The notes beneath the pieces were generated by a model, which did no database searches, was not told the DNA's origin, and saw only the letters and a list, made by a program, of their open reading frames with translations. From IMG/VR virus record IMGVR_UViG_3300043932_000064, positions 1 to 37,976 of that record: DNA of 37,976 bases; one strand, written 5' to 3'. This DNA is from a virus (Duplodnaviria > Caudoviricetes). Below, piece after piece: positions 1 to 7,721 of the stretch. The first letter of the stretch is position 1. Every line of letters begins with the position of its first letter. Made by a program: the position numbers and the translations under genes.

Positions 1-111
1 CGTTCTTGGAAGCCAAACCTTCAAAAAGTTCGCATTCTTGTAAACGGCAAGCCTAAGCGCGTTTGGGTTTCAACCAAGACTTTGAAGTCTGGTAAAGTTA
101 CCCGTGTCTAG
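1..111 (+). CDS. rpmB: 50S ribosomal protein L28, 3' part (host gene)
   Basis: Frame 1 reads [36 protein letters not shown], the typical Firmicutes L28 C-terminus; TAG at 109-111. Confidence 0.96.
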   Translation, partial: RSWKPNLQKVRILVNGKPKRVWVSTKTLKSGKVTRV

Positions 112-123
112 TGACGAAACGGG

Positions 124-158
124 CCCGTCAGATCAACGATCTGGCGGGTTTTATTTTT
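124..158 (+). terminator. Intrinsic terminator after rpmB
   Basis: CCCGTCAGATC-AAC-GATCTGGCGGG stem followed by TTTTATTTTT. Confidence 0.85.
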
Positions 159-168
159 CTCTAAAAAC

Positions 169-203
169 GTGCATCAAAGTGATTTGTGCATCATTTGTGC
201 ATC
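169..203. repeat. Direct repeats, probable integrase arm-type binding sites at the prophage att junction
   Basis: GTGCATC at 169-175 and tandem ATTTGTGCATC at 182-192 and 193-203, lying between the host gene and the phage lysis module. Confidence 0.6.
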
Positions 204-213
204 GGCCTCACTC

Positions 214-255
214 AAACAAAAATAAGCCTCACTTCAAACGAAGTGAGGCTTATTT
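214..255 (-). terminator. Terminator ending the late/lysis transcript (possibly bidirectional)
   Basis: Perfect 16-bp inverted repeat AAATAAGCCTCACTTC/GAAGTGAGGCTTATTT at 220-255, with a T-rich tail on the minus strand. Confidence 0.85.
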
Positions 256-260
256 CATTT

Positions 261-585
261 CTATTGAATTGATTGCACTAACGTAATCGTTGCGTATCCA
301 ACAGTTGGATAGATGGTGACGCCATCTTCAGTTGTCTGCCAGAGTTCAATATGTCCCTGCCGGGACTCCGGCCAAATTGCCGGAGCTGGCAAACAGAGTG
401 CCATCCGCATTGACACTGGTGGTCAAAGTCGCGATCTGCTTGTGACTTGCATCCCCGACCTTGACCACTAATCCGTCCGTCGATGCAAAGGTCTGTGTCT
501 CACCATCTTGAGCAGCACTCAGCATGAAGTCGTGTGCCGTGTCTCCAACGTTGCAGGTGGAGGCGTCAATTGTAAGTGTGTTCAT
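261..585 (-). pseudogene. Frameshifted small beta-rich phage protein downstream of the lysin
   Basis: ORF 346..585 stops at ...PAGTY*. A shifted frame continues IELWQTTEDGVTIYPTVGYATITLVQSIQ* to TAG at 261-263. Total is 325 nt, 2 nt short of a multiple of three. Confidence 0.65.
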
Positions 586-588
586 TCG

Positions 589-1497
589 CTAGCCCTTCTT
601 GTACTTGATCTTGCCAGTGGCCTTGCCATATTTGTCTTGGGCAACGATATAGCCGTACTTACCGCCCGAACGTGGTTGTCTCAACCAAACTCGTTTTGGG
701 CCATGAAGGATTGCATCGAAATTGACTACATCCCCAGCCTTGAGCTCAGCGATGTTTCCAGCGGTGATTTTGGGCTCTTTGTGAAGGTGGAGCGGCGTTT
801 TAAGTGTGAAGGCGCCCTTTTTCTTAACCCACGTGCTAGCAGACTTAGTTTTCTTCGGCGTTGTCTTCTTGTGCAGGTCAACCACTGCTACATTACCATC
901 TAGGCTGAGACCGTGGTAGTGGCTAGTAAACTGCCAAATGGCCACGCCGTCAAGGGAAGGGAAGTAGCCGAAGTTAGCAGTAGAAACCGCGTCATCAGTT
1001 GGGTAAGACGCAACCCAAAGGCAGGTCCCGAACTTCTTGACTACTTGTTTATAGTCGATATTGGTCTTGAGCACATAGGCGCCAGAGTAGAGGCCAGTTT
1101 TAAAGCCTGCCTTCTTTACCGTGTCCATAAAGGCGATAATTGCTGCAGTGTTCGCCGCCTTGTCGCCGTGTACGGTATTCCCGTTGCCATCCTCATAGTC
1201 GAGCCAGAGGTAGCGACTTTTTGCGATGTCGATATTAGCCTGCTTGGCAACCTTAACGAAGAATTGAGCTTCCGCTTTGGCCTTGCTTACACTAGAGCCA
1301 AATTCTGCGTAATGGTAGGCGTGAGTATACATGTGCCCTTTTCGTGAGCTTGCTACTTGGTAGCGGGCCAAAGGATTAGTGTAGCTGGTGCCTTGTGTCA
1401 ACTTCACGATACAGAAATCTGCGCCTTTTGAGTGGTAGCCGCTAACATCTCCTGGCTGGTAACTAGCGACGTCCACGCCGTATTGCTTAAAAGTCAT
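589..1497 (-). CDS. Endolysin: GH25 muramidase with C-terminal SH3-like wall-binding domain
   Basis: GVDVASYQ, YHYA, WLDYE, WVASY and WQFTS motifs of GH25; Lys-rich linker; SH3_5-like C-terminus. Confidence 0.93.
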   Translation of the reverse strand: MTFKQYGVDVASYQPGDVSGYHSKGADFCIVKLTQGTSYTNPLARYQVASSRKGHMYTHAYHYAEFGSSVSKAKAEAQFFVKVAKQANIDIAKSRYLWLDYEDGNGNTVHGDKAANTAAIIAFMDTVKKAGFKTGLYSGAYVLKTNIDYKQVVKKFGTCLWVASYPTDDAVSTANFGYFPSLDGVAIWQFTSHYHGLSLDGNVAVVDLHKKTTPKKTKSASTWVKKKGAFTLKTPLHLHKEPKITAGNIAELKAGDVVNFDAILHGPKRVWLRQPRSGGKYGYIVAQDKYGKATGKIKYKKG

Positions 1498-1841
1498 TAT
1501 TTATCCTCCTTGCTTTCCAGTGCTTGATCAGCTAGCTTCATACCCTTAACGGCGTCTTCGACAGCACCGTTAATCATAACGGGAGTAACCCCCTTAATAC
1601 CTAGCCAGCCCAGGGCCTGCGTAACGGCTTCGACGGCGTATTTACGTTTGGTCTCACCGTCAGTGCCCAAGTGTTCGGCTTCCTGGACCGCAAAAGTAGC
1701 CAGCTCACCAACAATGGTAATTGCCTTGCCTGCTGCAGTTGTTTTGTTGATTTTGGCCTTATTTTTGCCATAGATTGCTGCACCAATGGCTACAATTAGC
1801 CAGCCCAGCGTAATTGCTAGATCAATCCACGTCTTGCTCAT
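1497..1841 (-). CDS. Phage holin (LL-H family-like)
   Basis: Single N-terminal TM helix, AVQEAE...GETKR...A...I.GAVE pattern, GGAGG before ATG 1841, coupled to the lysin start. Confidence 0.82.
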   Translation of the reverse strand: MSKTWIDLAITLGWLIVAIGAAIYGKNKAKINKTTAAGKAITIVGELATFAVQEAEHLGTDGETKRKYAVEAVTQALGWLGIKGVTPVMINGAVEDAVKGMKLADQALESKEDK

Positions 1842-2133
1842 CTTTATCCTCCTTCTTATTTTTTGCATTATAAAGGGGCTCTTGGATAGCCCCTGACATG
1901 TATTTAGTTAACTCTTTACGTAAATCGTAAATTTCTTTATCTTTCGCTTCGATCAGCTTGCGGTAATGGTCGATTTGCTTGGTCAGCTTGTCGTTCTCCT
2001 TGTTCAGCCGGTCAAACTGATCTGCTTTCTCTTCCTTACTGTTTTTAGCCGTACTGAGCCGGTAAGACGCCCAGTACATCAAGATAGTAGGGATCAGTGG
2101 CACAAATTTTGTTAAAAAGTCCTGCCATTTAAT
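1822..2133 (-). CDS. Membrane-anchored coiled-coil lysis-cassette protein (probable ATT start)
   Basis: Hydrophobic N-terminus then heptad-rich region. AGGAGG lies 8 nt before an in-frame ATT at 2133-2131; the track's GTG at 2103 has no RBS. Confidence 0.7.
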   Translation of the reverse strand: MKWQDFLTKFVPLIPTILMYWASYRLSTAKNSKEEKADQFDRLNKENDKLTKQIDHYRKLIEAKDKEIYDLRKELTKYMSGAIQEPLYNAKNKKEDKDEQDVD

Positions 2134-2145
2134 AGCGATCTCCTC

Positions 2146-2580
2146 CTATCTTTCATACTCATCTCGCTTTGTTGGGCTCTTTTTGGCCATGTATAACGTA
2201 ACTAACAGCAGTGCAATCTCAGAAAAGCTGGTGGTCACCATGTGTGGTTCGCCCATTGGTGACAGCAAGCCATGCATCAGCTCAGTTGCGCTCAGCAGTG
2301 CATAGTAGGCGCTAGACGCTGACAGACAGAGCCGGTTTAGCCGGATTGACTTGTCGTGTTGAAGTGCCCACCAGATCAGGCCGGTGCCGGTGACTAGGCC
2401 TACAAAACCAACGATAGAGTCATTCTCGATTACTGTGATCCACTTTGGATATGGTGGCCAAAAGAAATATTGCTGGTGGAATAACAGGATCAAACCAGTA
2501 GCAATTAAATCACCGCCAATAATTGCATGAAGTGGATCATGACTAATCCTTTGGATCAGTGTTCTTACTTTCTTCTTCAT
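2146..2580 (-). CDS. Multi-TM membrane protein, putative accessory holin
   Basis: About four hydrophobic segments, GGAGG upstream, located in the lysis cassette. Confidence 0.75.
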   Translation of the reverse strand: MKKKVRTLIQRISHDPLHAIIGGDLIATGLILLFHQQYFFWPPYPKWITVIENDSIVGFVGLVTGTGLIWWALQHDKSIRLNRLCLSASSAYYALLSATELMHGLLSPMGEPHMVTTSFSEIALLLVTLYMAKKSPTKRDEYER

Positions 2581-2713
2581 TCTTGGCTGCCTCCAATTCT
2601 TGCTTGTATTGAGTGGCCATAGCTGACAACTTGGCGATTTGATCGTCCTTTTCGGCCAGCATTTGGCGGAGGGCTTGAATGTACAATTCGGGCTTAATGT
2701 TTTCTTGTTCCAT
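2543..2713 (-). CDS. Small coiled-coil hypothetical protein (56 aa, not in ORF track)
   Basis: AAGGAGG RBS; reads MEQENIKPELYIQALRQMLAEKDDQIAKL...DPKD*. Confidence 0.75.
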   Translation of the reverse strand: MEQENIKPELYIQALRQMLAEKDDQIAKLSAMATQYKQELEAAKNEEESKNTDPKD

Positions 2714-2725
2714 TTTTAGCCCTCC

Positions 2726-2986
2726 TTACTTAGTGGTGGTGGTGTCGCTAACGGTAAGCCAGCCGGTCATTTTCTTAGATACGATAGCCAGAATTTGCGT
2801 GTAAGTAAGCCCCATAAAGTTAGCCCCGTCTGGCAAATCTGCCTTGCTAATGGTTGCACGCGCGTTAAAGTAGTCAACCCCGGTTTGGTCTTGACCACTC
2901 AAAGAAACGATTGCTTCAGTAATTTCCAGCTTGCCTTCTTCATTATTTGCGTAACGGAATTCCATTGAACTTAATTGTGTAGTCAT
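2726..2986 (-). CDS. Hypothetical protein downstream of the tail fibre
   Basis: 86-aa ORF with GAGGA RBS, co-linear in the late operon. Confidence 0.75.
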   Translation of the reverse strand: MTTQLSSMEFRYANNEEGKLEITEAIVSLSGQDQTGVDYFNARATISKADLPDGANFMGLTYTQILAIVSKKMTGWLTVSDTTTTK

Positions 2987-2991
2987 GATTT

Positions 2992-5900
2992 TTAAATCCT
3001 CTCTTTCAATTCTTGAATTTCTTCTTTTAACTTTTTAATCACCGGCAATAATGCAACAGCCAGGCGGTCGTATTGGATACCTTCCACTTGGCCTTCTTCG
3101 CCATAGGTTACTAACTTGTTTAAACCGGCCCGGTCTAACTCGTCTGCAATCAAACCATAGTAATAACCGGGCTTTTTATTTTTAGCCGGATCGTTCTTGT
3201 AACGCTTAACCTCTGCCTTGTCCAGCCAAACTTTAGGCGTTAGGTTGATTAACTTGTCGCCATAGTCCGCAAATTCATTAGCCGGCTGAATGTCTGTCTT
3301 GTATTTAGCGGCAGAAGTTGATCTAATCAGTGCCCCGTCCGCGGCAACATAAACGTTGGCCCCGGCTGAAGTAGTCTTAATATAGGTCGGGTACATGTGG
3401 ATATAGTCGGCTTGGAAGGCAATACGTGCATTGCCGCCATTCGCTTCGAAGTTGATCCAGTCCCTTGCAGTAACGTTGAAATTGGCTGCATGAACAGAAA
3501 CCGAATTGCCACGACTATCATGGTTAGCTGGAATGAACATCCAAGCGCCGGAGTGGTTGTAATATTCGCCTGTCCCTACTGAAATTGTAGGTTGCGCGTC
3601 CAGTCCAGAAGGGTAAGAACTGTTGATTGGATATCTCGGACCAGCTGATAAATACAGTGTGGAGTTTGAATACAAATAACTTGCGTAATTAACATCATCG
3701 GACAATCCCAGACCTGAGCCTGCACGAAAACCTAATGGTCCGTAAGTGTTAGTTAATAAACTATCTGCGTCACATGAACCGCTGTAAATAGTAACGCCGT
3801 CACGGCCAGTAATTCGTAACCCGTCTTTTGAGGCACTAAAGATGTCAGCATCACGGCTAATGCTCCCGTAAACCTTGCTACTGTCGCTAGACCAGTAAGG
3901 TAACTTAGAGAATTGAACATTACCATTTTTGAAGGTTACCCCTTGACCGCTGGAGTCAGCATTGGTTAAGCTGTCGTCTTTAATCCAGGTCCCGTTTGGG
4001 TTGCTACTCGTGTAATTGTGGAATCCATCCTTATTAATCCATAAATCCGAGGTTGAATTAGCTTTGTAATGGAAACCGTTATTGTCAATCCATAAACCAC
4101 CGCCATTATTAGGCTGAATTTGGAAAAACTTATTATCGAGGTCGATGTTGAACATGCCATCTGTTGAATGTAACGAGCCTTTGGTAAATGCTACCTGGCC
4201 ATTATCCAAGTTAATAGACAGATTATTACCGTTGATTGTACCGGCAGTAATATTGTTAGCATTTAAGTTAATAACGTTGATCTTGCTTGCATCAATGCTC
4301 CCGGCCACTAATTGATCGACCGTAATCCCTGTAGCCTTTAGCTTCTTGGCAAACGCCGCCCCGGTAATGGTTACATCACCATCAAGCATTATCTTTTTAC
4401 CGGCTATTAGCGCATCGCCACTTGAAGATACATTAATTGCTGACACCACTTGTCCATTAACCAGTGCCGACAAGCTAGCGTTACTTGCCGACTGATTAAG
4501 CAATGTAGCGAGCAGCCCGCTCCCGTTTGATTTCTGTACATAATTAGTTATTTGGTTGGCTTTTTGATCAACTTGCGAAATTTCGTTTTCTGCGTCTTCT
4601 GGCGCTGGGCTCCAGTCAGTTGCTACGTTGCCTTTTTCAACTTGGTAATGATTAACACTTATGCTATATCCAGTTGGTGCCATATTGAGCCAGAAATAAG
4701 GGCTTGGCGATTCCCAACCTAATTGCTCCGAGTTGCCGATTACAAATGTTTCCTTAACCTTATAAGTAGTTTGGCCATCAACTAAGTCTTCTTTACCAAT
4801 TTTCGCATGTATAAGCCAGTTATGAGTCGTTCTAAAAAGTCCAAGAGTGAAATTATCATCAAAGTCACTTTTTTTCAGCGTACCATTTTTCGATATAGTC
4901 AAAGCCCCGGTTACGGTTAGAGTGTCGTTATATGTTAAGCCAAGATTTGATAAGTGTTCTTTCAAAACAACGTGTTGGCAGTCTGGCCAATAGTAACCTG
5001 ATTCAAGCGTAATGTCATTAATGTTGGCATAAGTAGCATCATCAAAAATAGCTTTAGCCTTTTGGGTGCCCAAAACCAGATTTCGCCCGCCAACCTGCAT
5101 TTTCTCAACGGTCGTTTTAACCCCGTTGGCCGTTACCTCTACCGTGGCTAACCGCCCTTCAGCATTGCCAACTCTGCCTTTAATCCCGCTAGCGTCTTGT
5201 TCGATCTGTGTAAACTTGCTACCGATTGATACGCCAGTAGATAGCTTGGCATTATCCGCATTGGCAATAGTAACCTGGTTGGCGTTCAGTATGCCTGTTT
5301 TAATCTGATTGGCGGAAATATCATCAGCTACAACGGCCGCGCTGTATTTAGCTTGTACCCAACTAGAACCGTTCCAGACTTTAGCGCTGGCAACGTTGCC
5401 GTTAGCGTCTGGCGTTGCCCATACACTACCCTTAGTTGGGTTAGGCGGTGCATCGTTGCCCATGTAGTAGCCTGTTGCGCCTGTGGCACCTGTGTTGCCT
5501 TTAAGTCTGGACCAGGTATATTTGGTATTATCTCCGCTATCGTTTAGCGAGTAATCAGTATAGACCCCTACATATAGTGCGTTATCGAAATAATCTGTAT
5601 TAAAATCTGTTGACCCGTCCGCTGAATTGGCGTATGCAATATGAACGTAAGGCGTCTTACCGTCTGCCCCGGCCTTGCCTGGCACACCTTGCGGGCCTTG
5701 CGGGCCGGTTACGCCGTTCTCGCCGTCTAGCCCGCTAATACAGTAAGGCGTGCTAGTCTTTTGGCTACCATTGGCGTTATTGGTAATATATCTGATCCAG
5801 ATATACTTACCCTTAACTTTACCGGGCGGGGTATCTGACCAGCTCCCGCCCGTTATTTGCGTATAACTGGTAGATACGTAATATTGCTCTTTATAGTAGT

Positions 5901-7329
5901 TAATTGCATTGCTGGCCGTGGCCTTAGCTGCATCGGCTGCTGTTTGGGCTTCGCTAATGTCGCTATCTAACTCTGCCTTAGTCTTAGCCGCGTCCGCTTC
6001 GATTTGGCTTTTGACACTATCGGAGTAAGCCTTAGCTTCACTTGTAGCCTTTTCAACGTCCGCTTTCGCTTCGCCGTCAACTACTCGCTTTTGCCAGCTT
6101 GCATTGCCTGAACTATCGCGTGAATAAGTCCACAACTCGACATTATTACCGTTTTGTTTAAACCACACGTCACCAATTTTGGCGTTCTTTGGTTCACTAG
6201 TAAATGAAGGATCATAGACATTGTTACCGGTTGCCGTTTTACGCGTGTTAGCCTGCTCGATAGCGTTTTGCGTTGGCCCGGTCCATGGTGTAACCGTTGA
6301 ACTTTGGCTGGCTTGACTAGCGCTGATTGTCGATTCTAACCCTCCGTTAAAGGTGAAGGCTAACTGGTTAATTGGCACATTAAACTTGTTACCTTGCGTG
6401 TCCGTTAAGGTTACCCAGTCACCAGCTTCAATGCCCGGGTTACCAAACCAGTTAAGGCTATAAGGATAGAAACTGATGTCTTTAATACCAGTCCAAATCG
6501 TGCTTAACGCGTCACTAGTCATGACGTTATTAGTTAACTCGATTTGTGATCCGCTAGTTTCTCCGGCTTGTAAAGTGGTCGTCTTGTCCTCTTTCTCACC
6601 AGTTTCCGTAGTGGAGGTAGTGGTTACGCTGACTTTAATACCACCGGCCTTGTAAGTAACTTCATTTTTGGTTAGCCCACCCTGCATGTATTCACTAGGA
6701 TTAATAACATAATCCGGTGTAGCGGTCGTTCTAATCGTTAATTGGCCGTTGCGGTCAAATGCCGCAAAACCAGCGTAAAATTGAGCAATCCAGCCAATAG
6801 CCGTTCTTAACGTTTGGCCGGTAATTGCGCTATTAAGTTTAGGCAAGCTAGGCAAGTGGGTTAAGTCTGTCTGGTTAACAGTTACTCCACCTTGATTAGC
6901 AATTTCTGCAATCACATCTAGCATTGTGGCCGGGTATGTCAAAGTAGAAGTGTAAGCTCGTTCTAGCTTAACCATTTGGTCCAGTGCCTTAATGGTGGTT
7001 AAGCTATTATTTCTATCGCGGTTAACTTCAGAAATGATAAAAACGCCTAAAGGCGTATATTCAAAGGTGCCGTTAACCTTGATCCCAATTTTAGGCTTAA
7101 CCACTTGACCAGCCGCAAATGCTTCAATGACGCTTGAAAACTCCGCTGAAATGGAATTTTCATAATTTGAGCCAATTCCAAGACTATCACCAGTGAAGGC
7201 CCCAGCATCATAACTCAAAGAGTTAATACTAGTTGCCTGGTAGTCTTGACCATCAACATTAATAACAATGTCCAGTGTTCTTTCGCTGGCTTGCCAGGCT
7301 TGTTTAACTGCATCACTCTGTTCTAACAC
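2992..7329 (-). CDS. Tail spike/fibre host-specificity protein with collagen-like repeats and C-terminal intramolecular chaperone (Peptidase S74-like)
   Basis: Tail-hub-like N-terminus, GPQGPQGVPG collagen stretch, YVHIAYANSADG module, C-terminal S..KYK.DI...YYGLIADEL...YDRL..coiled coil. Confidence 0.85.
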   Translation of the reverse strand: MLEQSDAVKQAWQASERTLDIVINVDGQDYQATSINSLSYDAGAFTGDSLGIGSNYENSISAEFSSVIEAFAAGQVVKPKIGIKVNGTFEYTPLGVFIISEVNRDRNNSLTTIKALDQMVKLERAYTSTLTYPATMLDVIAEIANQGGVTVNQTDLTHLPSLPKLNSAITGQTLRTAIGWIAQFYAGFAAFDRNGQLTIRTTATPDYVINPSEYMQGGLTKNEVTYKAGGIKVSVTTTSTTETGEKEDKTTTLQAGETSGSQIELTNNVMTSDALSTIWTGIKDISFYPYSLNWFGNPGIEAGDWVTLTDTQGNKFNVPINQLAFTFNGGLESTISASQASQSSTVTPWTGPTQNAIEQANTRKTATGNNVYDPSFTSEPKNAKIGDVWFKQNGNNVELWTYSRDSSGNASWQKRVVDGEAKADVEKATSEAKAYSDSVKSQIEADAAKTKAELDSDISEAQTAADAAKATASNAINYYKEQYYVSTSYTQITGGSWSDTPPGKVKGKYIWIRYITNNANGSQKTSTPYCISGLDGENGVTGPQGPQGVPGKAGADGKTPYVHIAYANSADGSTDFNTDYFDNALYVGVYTDYSLNDSGDNTKYTWSRLKGNTGATGATGYYMGNDAPPNPTKGSVWATPDANGNVASAKVWNGSSWVQAKYSAAVVADDISANQIKTGILNANQVTIANADNAKLSTGVSIGSKFTQIEQDASGIKGRVGNAEGRLATVEVTANGVKTTVEKMQVGGRNLVLGTQKAKAIFDDATYANINDITLESGYYWPDCQHVVLKEHLSNLGLTYNDTLTVTGALTISKNGTLKKSDFDDNFTLGLFRTTHNWLIHAKIGKEDLVDGQTTYKVKETFVIGNSEQLGWESPSPYFWLNMAPTGYSISVNHYQVEKGNVATDWSPAPEDAENEISQVDQKANQITNYVQKSNGSGLLATLLNQSASNASLSALVNGQVVSAINVSSSGDALIAGKKIMLDGDVTITGAAFAKKLKATGITVDQLVAGSIDASKINVINLNANNITAGTINGNNLSINLDNGQVAFTKGSLHSTDGMFNIDLDNKFFQIQPNNGGGLWIDNNGFHYKANSTSDLWINKDGFHNYTSSNPNGTWIKDDSLTNADSSGQGVTFKNGNVQFSKLPYWSSDSSKVYGSISRDADIFSASKDGLRITGRDGVTIYSGSCDADSLLTNTYGPLGFRAGSGLGLSDDVNYASYLYSNSTLYLSAGPRYPINSSYPSGLDAQPTISVGTGEYYNHSGAWMFIPANHDSRGNSVSVHAANFNVTARDWINFEANGGNARIAFQADYIHMYPTYIKTTSAGANVYVAADGALIRSTSAAKYKTDIQPANEFADYGDKLINLTPKVWLDKAEVKRYKNDPAKNKKPGYYYGLIADELDRAGLNKLVTYGEEGQVEGIQYDRLAVALLPVIKKLKEEIQELKERI

Positions 7330-7342
7330 TCAATCACCCCTC

Positions 7343-7705
7343 TTATTGCTCGACCAAGTCAAAACTTAAGTTCTGCCAAACGTAACCATCTAATTCGTCA
7401 GACCAAATTAAAGAGGGCACTGTTCGGTCCCCTACATAAAAGGTCTTGGTGGTTAATCCTCCAATTTCTGGATCTAGATACTCAACTTTGAAGAACTCTG
7501 ATTTAACCGCGCTTAGAATGGCCTTGGCATCACTTAGAGATAAAGCCCCCCACTTAATAGTTAGCTTGCGTTTAGTGGTTAGCCGGTCACGGTGTAATAG
7601 CCCATGCGCATCACGTGATGCTTTAGCGTCAATGTCTTGGATAGCCACATCAAAGGACTGCGGGGCCTTAACCCGTGTCCCAGAAATTGTTAAATGATAG
7701 TCCAT
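7343..7705 (-). CDS. Short distal-tail-like protein (DUF6711-like)
   Basis: Lies between tape measure and tail spike; RDAHGLLHRDR...KRKL...W...FYVGDR pattern. Confidence 0.7.
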   Translation of the reverse strand: MDYHLTISGTRVKAPQSFDVAIQDIDAKASRDAHGLLHRDRLTTKRKLTIKWGALSLSDAKAILSAVKSEFFKVEYLDPEIGGLTTKTFYVGDRTVPSLIWSDELDGYVWQNLSFDLVEQ

Positions 7706-7721
7706 TAATGGTTCTCACCTC

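Noticed and set aside
104-286. 60-aa plus-strand ORF after rpmB
   Set aside because: Spans two terminators and the att-like repeats; no RBS.
2992-7329. Diversity-generating retroelement or invertible tail-fibre system
   Set aside because: No reverse transcriptase, template/variable repeat pair, invertase or inverted cassettes seen in the window.
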